The position numbers and the translations under genes were made by a program. Below the pieces are notes generated by a model. The model saw nothing but the letters and a program-made list of their open reading frames with translations. It had not been told where the DNA came from and did no database searches. From positions 1 to 33,898 of the forward strand of contig CALRYR010000001.1 of NCBI GenBank assembly GCA_943372425.1: a stretch of DNA of 33,898 nt. The letters are read 5' to 3'. Of this stretch, positions 10,763 through 20,437 are shown piece by piece (position 1 is the stretch's first letter; every line of letters begins with the position of its first letter). The DNA comes from Variovorax sp. YR752. GTDB taxonomy: Bacteria; Pseudomonadota; Gammaproteobacteria; Burkholderiales; Burkholderiaceae_C.

Positions 10763-11683
10763 ATGACTGGCATTCTTTTTCTTGAGCAGTTGCTCAACGG
10801 GCTCGGCTTCGGGCTGATGCTGTTCCTGCTGGCCGCCGGCCTGACGCTGGTGTTCGGCATCATGGACGTGCTGAACCTGGCGCATGGCTCGCTGTTCATG
10901 TCGGGCGCGTACGTGGCGGCGCAGGCACACCAGCAGAGCGGGTCGTTCGTCGCGGCCATCGCGCTGGCGGTGCTCGTCACCGTCGTCGTCGCGGCGCTGC
11001 TCGAAGTGCTGCTGATGCGCCAGCTCTACAAGCGCGATCACCTCGCGCAGGTGCTGGCGACCTTCGGCGTGATCCTGGTGGCCGACGACATCGTGAAGAT
11101 GATCTGGGGCCCGTCGCCGGTGATGGCGCCGACGCCGGCCGCGCTGAGCGGGCCGATCGAGATCATCGACGGCCTGCCCTACCCGGCCTACCGCCTGGTC
11201 ATCCTCGGTGCGGGCGTGGCGGTTGCGCTGGCGCTGTACCTGCTCGTGAACCACACGCGTGTCGGCATGCGGGTGCGTGCCGGTGCGTCGGACCGGCCGA
11301 TGGCCGAGCTGATGGGCGTGCACGTCGGCCGCATCTTCAACGGCGTGTTCCTGCTCGGCGCGGCGCTGGCGGCACTGGCCGGTGCGCTGATGGGGCCGAT
11401 CGTCGCGGTGCAGGTCGGCATGGGCGAGCAGATCCTGATTCCCGCGCTGGTGGTGCTGGTCATCGGCGGCATCGGCTCGGTGCGTGGCGCCTTCGTCGCC
11501 GCGTTGCTGGTGGGCCTGGTCGACACCATCGGCCGCGCCTTCCTGCCGATGCTGCTGCGCGCCACGCTGCCGCCGGCCACCGCGGCCGACCTCGGCCCGC
11601 TCTTCGCCGAAGTGGCGATGTACGCGCTGATGGTGGTCGTCCTGATCTTCCGGCCCTCGGGCCTCTTCTCGGCCCGCGCATGA
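10763..11683 (+). CDS. HAAT-family ABC permease (LivH-like)
   Basis: EQLLNGL..GL.LFLLAAGLTLVFGIMDVLNLAHG, GMRVRAGA, VIGGIGS, FRPSGLF. Confidence 0.94.
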   Translation: MTGILFLEQLLNGLGFGLMLFLLAAGLTLVFGIMDVLNLAHGSLFMSGAYVAAQAHQQSGSFVAAIALAVLVTVVVAALLEVLLMRQLYKRDHLAQVLATFGVILVADDIVKMIWGPSPVMAPTPAALSGPIEIIDGLPYPAYRLVILGAGVAVALALYLLVNHTRVGMRVRAGASDRPMAELMGVHVGRIFNGVFLLGAALAALAGALMGPIVAVQVGMGEQILIPALVVLVIGGIGSVRGAFVAALLVGLVDTIGRAFLPMLLRATLPPATAADLGPLFAEVAMYALMVVVLIFRPSGLFSARA

Positions 11684-12621
11684 AAGCACGCTTCATTCTT
11701 CCGCTGGTGCTGCTCGTCGCATTGGCCGCCTTCCCGCTGGTCGCCCCGCTCTTCGGCATGGAGTTCTACATCGGCTTCGTGCGGCGCGTGCTGATCATGG
11801 CGCTGGCCGCGGCCAGCCTCAACTTCATCCTCGGCTTCGGTGGCATGGTGGCGCTGGGGCATGCGGGCTTCATCGGTGTCGGCGCGTACACGGTGGTCGC
11901 CTTCGCCGATGCCGGCGTGACGTCGGCCTGGTTGATGTGGCCCATGGCCGCGCTGGTGGCCGGCCTCGTCGCCGCCCTCATCGGCACGGTGGCCCTGCGC
12001 ACGCGCGGCGTGTACTTCATCATGACCACGCTGGCCTTCGCGCAGATGCTGTACTTCATCGCCGTGTCGCTGCGCACCTATGGCGGCGACGACGGCTACA
12101 CGCTGTCGGCACGGCCCACGCTGGGCCTCGGCATCGACCTCGCCAACGAATCGACCTTCTATTGGGTGGTGCTGGTGCTGGTCGCCCTCGCGCTGGGCTG
12201 GATGCACCGCGCCACGCGATCGCGCTTCGGCCATGCGTTGATGGGCATCCGCGACAACGAGACGCGCATGCGCGCGCTGGGCTACCCGGTGTTCCGCATC
12301 CAGCTGGTGGCCTTCGCCATCGCTGGCGCGGTGGCCGGACTTGCGGGCGCGCTGCTGGCCGGCGGCAACGGCTTCATCAGCCCGGGCGCCATGCACTGGA
12401 CGCAGTCGGCCACGCTGGTGGTGATGGTCGTCATCGGCGGGCTGGGCCGCAGCTGGGGCGGGCCGGTGGGTGCGGCCGTGTGGCTGCTGCTGGAAGAAGT
12501 GCTCAAGCAGTACAGCGAGTACTGGCACCTGCCGTTGGGGCTGCTGCTGATCGCGGTCGCGCTGTGGGCGCCGAAGGGTCTCGCTGCGCTGTCCCGGAAG
12601 AAGAAGGCGGTGGCTGCATGA
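11680..12621 (+). CDS. HAAT-family ABC permease (LivM-like)
   Basis: LNFILGFGGMVALGHA, LRTRGVYFIMTTLAFAQM, GIRDNETR, APKGL. ATGA overlap with the previous gene. Confidence 0.94.
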   Translation: MKARFILPLVLLVALAAFPLVAPLFGMEFYIGFVRRVLIMALAAASLNFILGFGGMVALGHAGFIGVGAYTVVAFADAGVTSAWLMWPMAALVAGLVAALIGTVALRTRGVYFIMTTLAFAQMLYFIAVSLRTYGGDDGYTLSARPTLGLGIDLANESTFYWVVLVLVALALGWMHRATRSRFGHALMGIRDNETRMRALGYPVFRIQLVAFAIAGAVAGLAGALLAGGNGFISPGAMHWTQSATLVVMVVIGGLGRSWGGPVGAAVWLLLEEVLKQYSEYWHLPLGLLLIAVALWAPKGLAALSRKKKAVAA

Positions 12622-13369
12622 GCCTGTTCCGCATCGAAGGACTGGTGAAGCGCTTCGGCGGCTTGCTGGCGACCGACCATGTGAACCTCACGGTCGATGC
12701 TGGCGAAATCCACGCGCTCATCGGCCCCAACGGCGCCGGCAAGACGACGCTGGTCAACCTCATCTCCGGCTTGCTGAAGGCCGACGCCGGTCGCATCTGG
12801 CTCGGCGACCACGACATCACGCCGCTGAAGGACCACCAGCGCGTGGGCGCCGGCCTGTCGCGCTGCTTCCAGGTGACGCGCGTGTTCGCGAAGGAGACGG
12901 TGCACGACAACCTGATGCTCGCGGTGCAGGCGCACGCAGGCAGCAGCCTGCGCTTCATGGCGCCGCGTGCCAACGAAGCCGAGCTGGTGTCCAAGGCCGA
13001 AGCCCTGGCCGAGCGCGTGGGCCTCTCAAGCGAACGCCATCGCATCGCCGGCACGCTGCCGCACGGCGCGCAGCGCGCGCTCGACGTGGCGCTGGCACTG
13101 GCCGCGGGCCCCAAGCTGCTGCTGCTCGACGAGCCGATGGCCGGCATGGGGCCGGACGAGTCCGCGCGCATGGTGGCGCTGACCGAATCGTTGCGCAGCG
13201 AGATGGCCATCCTGCTGATCGAACACGACATGGATGCGGTGTTCCGCCTGGCCAACCGCCTGACGGTGCTGGTGCAGGGCAAGGTGCTGATGACCGGCAC
13301 CGCCGACGAGGTGCGCGGCCACCCGGACGTGCAGGCCGTGTATCTCGGCACGGAAGCAGAGGGACATTC

Positions 13370-13373
<4 letters not shown>
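12618..13373 (+). CDS. HAAT-family ABC ATP-binding protein (LivG-like)
   Basis: ATG at 12618 (ATGA overlap). KRFGGL, GPNGAGKTT, LLLLDEPMAG, LIEHDM, VQAVYLG. Confidence 0.94.
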
Positions 13374-14080
<707 letters not shown>

Positions 14081-14083
14081 GCT

Positions 14084-14977
14084 TCAGCCCCCGCTGGGCG
14101 TGCTGTGCAAGGGCAGCGCGTTCAGCGGAATGCGCAGGTAGGCCACGCCGTTGTCGTCCGCGGGCGGAAAGTGGCCGGCGCGGATGTTCACCTGGATCGA
14201 CGGCAGGATGAGCGACGGCACCTCGAGCGTCGCGTCGCGCGTGGTGCGCATCGCCACGAACGCCTCTTCGTCGATGCCGTCGCGCACATGGATGTTGGCC
14301 GCGCGCTGCTCGGCGACCGTGGTCTTCCAGGCCGGTGCGCGCGTGTCCGGCGGGTAGTCGTGGCACACGTACACGGTGGTCTCGGGCGGCAGCGCAAGCA
14401 GGCGCCGCATCGACGCATAGAGCTGCCGCGCGTCGCCGCCGGGGAAGTCCGCGCGGGCGCTGCCCAGGTCGGGCATGAAGAGCGTGTCGCCGACGAACAC
14501 CATGCCGTCGACCAGGTAGGCCATGTCGGCCGGCGTGTGGCCCGGCACCCAGAGGGCCGTGACCTCGGCATCGCCGATGCGGAAGGTCTCGCCGTCCTCG
14601 AACAGATGGTCGAACTGGCTGCCATCAGGGAGGAAACCCCTTTCGAGGTTGAAGAGCTTGCCGAAGGTGGCTTGCACTGTGCGGATGTTCGCGCCGATGC
14701 CGATGCGCCCGCCGACCTTCGCCTGCACATGGCGCGCACTCGAGAGGTGGTCGGCATGCGCGTGGGTCTCGAGGATCCAGTCGACCTGCAGGCCTTCGCG
14801 TGCGACGTAGGCCAGCAGTTCGTCGGCCGCGCCGGTGTCGGTGTGGCCCGACTTCACGTCGAAACCCAGCACCGGGTCGATCACCGCGGCATGGCGGGTC
14901 GCGGTGTCCCACACCACATAGGAGATGGTGCCGGTGCGGGGGTCGAAGAAGCCTTCGGTGGCGGTACGTGCGGTCAT
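14084..14977 (-). CDS. MBL-fold persulfide (sulfur) dioxygenase, ETHE1/Blh-like
   Basis: CAGGAG RBS before the ATG at 14977. WILETHAHADH, PGHTPA, VGDTLF, ARADFPGG, CHDY, RDATL..P.LILPSIQVNIRAG. Divergent from a BigR-like repressor. Confidence 0.9.
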   Translation of the reverse strand: MTARTATEGFFDPRTGTISYVVWDTATRHAAVIDPVLGFDVKSGHTDTGAADELLAYVAREGLQVDWILETHAHADHLSSARHVQAKVGGRIGIGANIRTVQATFGKLFNLERGFLPDGSQFDHLFEDGETFRIGDAEVTALWVPGHTPADMAYLVDGMVFVGDTLFMPDLGSARADFPGGDARQLYASMRRLLALPPETTVYVCHDYPPDTRAPAWKTTVAEQRAANIHVRDGIDEEAFVAMRTTRDATLEVPSLILPSIQVNIRAGHFPPADDNGVAYLRIPLNALPLHSTPSGG

Positions 14978-15010
14978 GTGATGCTCCTGAGCGATGCGAT
15001 TTTCGATCGA

Positions 15011-15046
15011 TTGACTGATATTATATTTATCAACATAATATTGCAA
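15011..15046. promoter_or_regulatory. Overlapping divergent sigma70 promoters with a BigR-type palindromic operator
   Basis: Plus strand TTGACT(15011)-N17-CATAAT(15034). Minus strand TTGCAA(15046)-N17-TAATAT(15023). Inverted repeat ATATTATATT-tatc-AACATAATAT (15018-15041, 9/10 match). Confidence 0.8.
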
Positions 15047-15064
15047 ACCGAATTGATCAAACCC

Positions 15065-15382
15065 ATGCCCAAGCAACCCGTCCTCGATCCCGAAGCCCTG
15101 CGCGGCGCCGCCGGCCAGGCCGTCGGCGTGCTCAAGCTGCTCGCCAACCCCGAGCGCCTGCTGCTGCTGTGCCAGCTGTCGCAGGGCGAGATGTGCGTCA
15201 GCGACCTGGAGCAGGCGCTCGACATTCACCAGCCCACGCTGTCGCAACAACTCGGCGTGCTGCGCAACGAGGGCGTGGTGCAGACCCGCCGCGAAGGCAA
15301 GAACATCTTCTACAGCGTGGCCGACCCTGACGTACTGCAGATCCTCGCGCTGCTCTACCGCCTCTACTGTCCAAAGGAATGA
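15065..15382 (+). CDS. bigR: ArsR/SmtB family persulfide-sensing repressor (BigR/SqrR-like)
   Basis: LKLLANPERLLLLCQL, QPTLSQQLGVLR and C-terminal LYC, which gives the two-Cys arrangement of BigR/SqrR. Flanked by a sulfur dioxygenase and YeeE/YedE genes. Confidence 0.85.
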   Translation: MPKQPVLDPEALRGAAGQAVGVLKLLANPERLLLLCQLSQGEMCVSDLEQALDIHQPTLSQQLGVLRNEGVVQTRREGKNIFYSVADPDVLQILALLYRLYCPKE

Positions 15383-15819
15383 CGATGACGATCGACTGGC
15401 AACACTTCACGCCGTGGTCCGCGCTGGCGGGCGGCGCACTCATCGGCCTCGCGGCCGCGATGTTCGTGCTGCTCAATGGCCGCATCGCGGGCATCAGCGG
15501 CGTGCTGGGCGGGCTGTTGAACCCCACCCGCGGCGACATCGGCTGGCGCATCGCGTTCGTCGCGGGCCTGGTGGGCGCGCCATTGGTCTACCGGCTGTTC
15601 GGCGCGCTGCCGATGCCGCAGATCGATGCAGGCACCGGCGCGCTGGTGCTGGCGGGCCTGCTGGTGGGCGTGGGCACGCGCTACGGCGCCGGCTGCACCA
15701 GTGGCCACGGCGTGTGCGGGTTGTCGCGCCTGTCGCCGCGCTCGCTGGTCGCCACGCTGGCCTTCATGGGCGCGGGCTTCGCCACGGTGTTCGTGGTGCG
15801 CCATGCCCTCGGTTTCTGA
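15379..15819 (+). CDS. YeeE/YedE family membrane protein (sulfur-compound transport)
   Basis: NGRIAGISG and [17 protein letters not shown] motifs. ATGA overlap with the ArsR gene. Confidence 0.92.
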   Translation: MTMTIDWQHFTPWSALAGGALIGLAAAMFVLLNGRIAGISGVLGGLLNPTRGDIGWRIAFVAGLVGAPLVYRLFGALPMPQIDAGTGALVLAGLLVGVGTRYGAGCTSGHGVCGLSRLSPRSLVATLAFMGAGFATVFVVRHALGF

Positions 15820-15832
15820 AAGGCGCATCTCC

Positions 15833-16270
15833 ATGCAGATCCTGACTTCCCTGTTCGCCGGCCTGGTGTTCGGCTTCGGCCTGATCCTCTCCGGCATGGC
15901 CGACCCGGCCAAGGTGCTGGGCTTCCTCGACCTCGCCGGTGCGTGGGACCCGTCGCTGGCCCTCGTGATGGGCGGCGCCATCGCCGTCGGCCTGCCAGCA
16001 TTCGCGTGGACCCGGCGACGCTCGGTGTCGCTGCTCGGCGCGCCGATGCGCCTGCCGACGGCGCGGGCCATCGATCGGCGCCTGGTCGGCGGCAGCGTTC
16101 TCTTCGGCATCGGCTGGGGCATCGCCGGCTTCTGCCCCGGCCCGGCCCTGGTCGCGCTCGGCATGGGCAAGACGCAGGCGCTGGTCTTCGTCGCCGCCAT
16201 GCTGGCCGGCATGGGGGTGTTCGAGTTGATCGAGCGACGGCGCCGTGCAGCGCTGGCGTTCGCCGGCTGA
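15833..16270 (+). CDS. YeeE/YedE family membrane protein, partner subunit
   Basis: ATG at 15833. [20 protein letters not shown] and [14 protein letters not shown] motifs. Confidence 0.9.
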   Translation: MQILTSLFAGLVFGFGLILSGMADPAKVLGFLDLAGAWDPSLALVMGGAIAVGLPAFAWTRRRSVSLLGAPMRLPTARAIDRRLVGGSVLFGIGWGIAGFCPGPALVALGMGKTQALVFVAAMLAGMGVFELIERRRRAALAFAG

Positions 16271-16279
16271 GGTCGGCCC

Positions 16280-16975
16280 ATGACGAGCACCGTCAGCTGG
16301 GTCGCCGCATGGGCGACCATGGGCCTCCTCATCGTCTACGAGGCAGCCCTGGCATGGGGCCATCGCGGGCAGCCGGCGGCACTGGCACGCAACGGGCATG
16401 CCCTGCTGCGGGAAGACTGGTTCGCGGCCGTGTCCGCCCACCCGGGCTCGGAGATCCTGGCCGTGCAGACGCTGCGCAATTCGCTGATGTCGGCCACGAT
16501 GACCGCATCGACAGCGGCCCTGGCCCTGATGGGCACGGCGACGCTGGCCGCGCCGTCGCTGCATTCGGCGCTCGAGCCGGCGTCGGGCCTGGCATGGCTC
16601 ACGCCGCGCTTCATGCTGGAGCTGCTGCTGATGGCGCAACTCTTCGCGTCGCTCGTGCTGTCGGTGATGGCGGTCCGCTACTACAACCATGCCGGTTTCG
16701 TCAGCGCCATGCCGGTCGGCTCCGAATCACGTCGGCGCTGGAGCGACGCCGGCCGGGCCTATGTGCGGCGCGCCGGCGTCCTCTACAGCTGGGGCCTGCG
16801 TCACCTGGTGCTGATCACGCCGGTGCTGGCCGCCATCGTCCATCCGCTGGCCGGGCCGGTGACGGCCGTGGTCGTGATGCTGGTCCTGGCGGGCTTCGAC
16901 CGCTTCGGCAGCGCAGAGCGGCTGACGGCGACGCGGGCCGGCCCGCCCGGCGTCAGCGGACCACCAGCCCTTTGA
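16280..16975 (+). CDS. DUF599 family membrane protein
   Basis: [32 protein letters not shown] and SWGLR motifs recognised as DUF599, with several TM segments. Confidence 0.78.
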   Translation: MTSTVSWVAAWATMGLLIVYEAALAWGHRGQPAALARNGHALLREDWFAAVSAHPGSEILAVQTLRNSLMSATMTASTAALALMGTATLAAPSLHSALEPASGLAWLTPRFMLELLLMAQLFASLVLSVMAVRYYNHAGFVSAMPVGSESRRRWSDAGRAYVRRAGVLYSWGLRHLVLITPVLAAIVHPLAGPVTAVVVMLVLAGFDRFGSAERLTATRAGPPGVSGPPAL

Positions 16976-17759
16976 GCGCCGGGTCAGCCGGTGGCGCGCT
17001 GAGCTTCATGTCCTTGAGCGTCTTCACCAGCAGCTGCGCGATCATCAGGTTGCGCTGCGTCTTGCTGTCGGCGGGCACCACGTACCACGGTGCGTTCTTC
17101 GTCGACGTGGCGTCGAGCAGGCGCGCGTAGGCACGCTGGTACAGCCCCCACTTCTTGCGCGCGTCGAGGTCGCCCATGGCGAACTTCCAGTTCTTCGCGG
17201 GCTCGTCGATGCGCGCCTGCAGGCGCTCGCGCTGTTCGTCGGGGCCGATGTGCAGCATGCACTTGAGCACCACCGTGCCTGTCTCGGTCAGCAGGCGCTC
17301 GAAGTCGTTGATGTGCGCATAGCGGCGCTGCGTCGCGGCCTTGTCGATCCAGCCCTCGACCACCGGCACCAGCACGTCTTCGTAGTGGCTGCGGTTCCAC
17401 ACCGCGATCTCGCCAGTGCGCGGCACGACCGCATGGCAGCGCCACAGGAAGTCATGGGCCAGCTCGTCGAGCGACGGCGCCTTGAAGGCCGCCACGCGCA
17501 CACCCAGCGGGGAGGTGCGCGAGAACACCCAGCGGATGGTGCCGTCCTTGCCGCTGGTGTCCATGCCCTGCAGCACGAGCAGCAGCTTGCGCTTGCCTTC
17601 GGCGTGCAGCAGGTTCTGCAGCTCGTCGAGTTCCTGCGCCAGCTCGTCGAGCTGCGCGCGCTGTTCGCTGTCGCTGCCCTTGAGCAAGTGGCTGTCACCC
17701 GGGTCGATGTCGGCCAGGCGCACCTTGGCGCCCACGCGGTACTTCTTGAAGCTGGTCAT
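16953..17759 (-). CDS. ppk2: Polyphosphate kinase 2 family, single domain (class III-like polyphosphate:nucleotide phosphotransferase)
   Basis: LQGMDTSGKDGTI (Walker A), AFKAPS..ELAHDFLWR, NRSHYEDVLV, KNWKF, PWYVVPAD. Confidence 0.92.
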   Translation of the reverse strand: MTSFKKYRVGAKVRLADIDPGDSHLLKGSDSEQRAQLDELAQELDELQNLLHAEGKRKLLLVLQGMDTSGKDGTIRWVFSRTSPLGVRVAAFKAPSLDELAHDFLWRCHAVVPRTGEIAVWNRSHYEDVLVPVVEGWIDKAATQRRYAHINDFERLLTETGTVVLKCMLHIGPDEQRERLQARIDEPAKNWKFAMGDLDARKKWGLYQRAYARLLDATSTKNAPWYVVPADSKTQRNLMIAQLLVKTLKDMKLSAPPADPALKGLVVR

Positions 17760-17786
17760 GGTCGTCTCCCGGATGGCGTGAAGGGA

Positions 17787-18914
17787 TCAGCGTGCGCCGA
17801 TGCGCGCGTCGCCGAAGAGGGCCTTGAGCTCGCGCGGCTGCGAGCGCCAGTACTGCGGCGGCGCCTGGACCTGCGCGCCCAGTTCGGCAGCGGCGCGCCA
17901 CGGCCAGTGCGGCTCGAACAGCGCGGCGCGTGCGATGGCCACCGCATCGGCCTGGCCCGCCGCGATCACCGCTTCGGCCTGCTTCGGCTCGGTGATGAGG
18001 CCGACTGCGAACACCGGCACGTCGACCGCCGCCTTGATGCGCTCGGCCAGCGGCACCTGGTAGCCGGGCGACAGCGGGATCTTCTGCTGCGGCGACACGC
18101 CACCGGAGGACACATGCACGAAGTCGCAGCCGCGGGCCGCCAGCGCCTTCGAGAAGGCGACGCTGCCGTCGATGTCCCAGCCGCCCTCGACCCAGTCGGT
18201 GGCCGAGATGCGCATGCCGACCGGCATCGACGCCGGCAATGCGGCGCGCACCGCCTCGAACACCTCCAGCGGGAAGCGCATGCGGTTCTCGAGCGAGCCG
18301 CCGTAGTCGTCGGTGCGCTGGTTGGACAGCGGTGAGAGGAACTGATGCAGCAGGTAGCCGTGCGCACCGTGCAGCTCGATGGCGTCGAGGCCCAGCGCCT
18401 GCGAACGCTGCGCGGCCTGCACGAAGGCCGCCTTCACCCGCGCCAGACCGGCGGCGTCGAGCGCCAGCGGCGCGGGTTCGCCGGGGGCATGCGGCAGGGC
18501 CGATGCCGACACCGTCTGCCATGCGCCTTCGTCCGGACCGAGCGCCTGGCCGCCTTCCCACGGGATGTGGCTCGACGCCTTGCGCCCGGCGTGCGCCAGC
18601 TGGATCGCGATGGGCATGCGCGAATGCTGGCGCATGGCCTTGAGCACGCGCGCGATGGCGGCCTCGGTCGCGTCGTCGTACAGGCCGACGTCGCGCGGCG
18701 TGATACGGCCGATGGCCTCGACCGCCGTCGCCTCGATGATCAGCAGCCCGGCGCCCGACAGCGCGAGCTGGCCGAGGTGGATCAGGTGCCAGTCGGTCAT
18801 GCAGCCGTCGTCGGCGGAGTACTGGCACATCGGGGCGATCACGATGCGGTTGGGCAGCGTCAGGGCGCCGACCTGCAGCGGAGAGAAGAGCAATGGGGAG
18901 AGGGGCAAGCTCAT
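17787..18914 (-). CDS. NADH:flavin oxidoreductase, Old Yellow Enzyme (YqjM/NamA-like)
   Basis: ATG at 18914 overlaps the tesB stop. NRIVIAPMCQYSA (Cys/Tyr of the YqjM class), QLAHAGRKAS, ELHGAHGYLLHQFLSP, PPQYWRS. Confidence 0.92.
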   Translation of the reverse strand: MSLPLSPLLFSPLQVGALTLPNRIVIAPMCQYSADDGCMTDWHLIHLGQLALSGAGLLIIEATAVEAIGRITPRDVGLYDDATEAAIARVLKAMRQHSRMPIAIQLAHAGRKASSHIPWEGGQALGPDEGAWQTVSASALPHAPGEPAPLALDAAGLARVKAAFVQAAQRSQALGLDAIELHGAHGYLLHQFLSPLSNQRTDDYGGSLENRMRFPLEVFEAVRAALPASMPVGMRISATDWVEGGWDIDGSVAFSKALAARGCDFVHVSSGGVSPQQKIPLSPGYQVPLAERIKAAVDVPVFAVGLITEPKQAEAVIAAGQADAVAIARAALFEPHWPWRAAAELGAQVQAPPQYWRSQPRELKALFGDARIGAR

Positions 18915-19804
18915 GAAGTCCTCGGGTCCAGGTTGCGGGCGCGCACCATGCCTTCTTGCGCGGTCGATGCGACGAGGCGTCCGTCGCGCGTGTAGATGCT
19001 GCCGCGTGCCAACCCGCGTGCGCCGCTGGCGCTGGGCGAATCGAGCCGGTAGAGCAGCCAGTCGTCCAGGCGGAAATCGCGGTGGAACCACATCGCGTGG
19101 TCCAGGCTCGCCATGCGCACGCCGGGCTGCATGTAGCTCAGGCCGTGCGGCAGCAGCGCCGCACCGAGCAGGCCGTGATCGGACGCATAGGCGAGCAAGG
19201 CGCGGTGCATGAGCGGGTCGTCCGGCAGCGGCGCAATCGTCCGCATCCAGATCGAGCGTTCGGCTTCACGGCGCACGGGCGCCAGCAGATCGTCGGCCTC
19301 GACCGAACGGAACTCAATGCCGTGCGGCTGCACGCCCTTGATGCGCATGCGCTCGGGCAGGCCGTCGCCCAGGTCGACGCGGCGCTGCAGGTCGCTCGCC
19401 AGCCCGTCGGGGGCCGCCACGGCGGGCATGGGCAGCTGGTGCTCGACGCCTGCGTCGACCGTCTGGAACGACGCCGACATCTCGAAGATGATGCGCTCGC
19501 CCTGGCGTGCCACCACATGCCGCGTGGTGAAGCTGCGGCCGTCGCGCACGCGGTCCACCGCGTAGTCGATGGGCGCATGCTCGCCGGGTAGGAGGAAGTA
19601 GGCGTGCATCGAATGCACCGGCCGGTCGGCATCGACCGTGCGGCTTGCCGCCATCAGCGACTGGCCCAGCACCTGGCCGCCGAACACCGCGGGCGTGCCC
19701 AGGTCTTCGCTCTGCGCGCGGAAGCGGTCGTCGCCCAAGGGCTCGATCTGCATGAGGTCGACGAGTTCGTCGACGAGGCGGGCGGCGGTGGCGGGATCGG
19801 TCAT
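18911..19804 (-). CDS. tesB: Acyl-CoA thioesterase II
   Basis: VFGGQVLGQ, VHSMHAYFL, RDGRSFTTR, LAYASD, ASLDHAMWFH, STAQEG. An alternative start exists at 19846. Confidence 0.92.
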   Translation of the reverse strand: MTDPATAARLVDELVDLMQIEPLGDDRFRAQSEDLGTPAVFGGQVLGQSLMAASRTVDADRPVHSMHAYFLLPGEHAPIDYAVDRVRDGRSFTTRHVVARQGERIIFEMSASFQTVDAGVEHQLPMPAVAAPDGLASDLQRRVDLGDGLPERMRIKGVQPHGIEFRSVEADDLLAPVRREAERSIWMRTIAPLPDDPLMHRALLAYASDHGLLGAALLPHGLSYMQPGVRMASLDHAMWFHRDFRLDDWLLYRLDSPSASGARGLARGSIYTRDGRLVASTAQEGMVRARNLDPRTS

Positions 19805-19879
19805 CGGGGAAGGCTGTGGTGGCGACGAAGGGGAACCGTGGACCATAGCAAAGCGCGGCCGAATCCGCTGTCGCGCCGG

Positions 19880-20353
19880 TCAGGCGCTGCGTCGCGGCCG
19901 GGTCCAGCCGGCGAAGAGCGCACCGCCCGCCGCGCTGCCCAGCGCCATGGTCAACAGCCCGCCCAGGCCGCGCGTGGCATCGATCAGCACCGGCATGGGC
20001 GCCACCGCATCGACGGCGCGAATGGCGATCGGCAACGCCACGCCCGCGGCCAGCGTGAACAGCGCGGCGCGCCAAGCGGGCTTGCGGCCGGCCAGCCACC
20101 CGGCAACGGCAAAGGACGGCAACCAGGCGGCCAGCACGATGCCGGCGTAGACCGGGCCGAAGCCGACCAGATCCTGCAGCGAGGTCTGCAGGCGCAGCCG
20201 GGCCGGCATCTCCACGCCGAGCGCGACCAGTGCGTTCAGGTTGAACTGCGTCTGCACCAGCGAGCCCCAGGCGATGGCCAGCAGAGCAGCGCCGGCGAAG
20301 GCGATCAGGCGCAGGCGGATGGGGCGGCGGTTTGCGGGGCTTTCGAGATGCAT
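19880..20353 (-). CDS. Hypothetical membrane protein (about 4 TM)
   Basis: Four hydrophobic segments and GC-rich host-like codons. Fills the gap between tesB and the PQQ dehydrogenase. Start uncertain. Confidence 0.7.
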   Translation of the reverse strand: MHLESPANRRPIRLRLIAFAGAALLAIAWGSLVQTQFNLNALVALGVEMPARLRLQTSLQDLVGFGPVYAGIVLAAWLPSFAVAGWLAGRKPAWRAALFTLAAGVALPIAIRAVDAVAPMPVLIDATRGLGGLLTMALGSAAGGALFAGWTRPRRSA

Positions 20354-20437
20354 CGGTGGCGGGCTCTGTTCGATACTGAAGCCATGACACGGCGCACGGT
20401 CCGGGGCGCCACTGGCACGCATCATGGAGCACAACGA

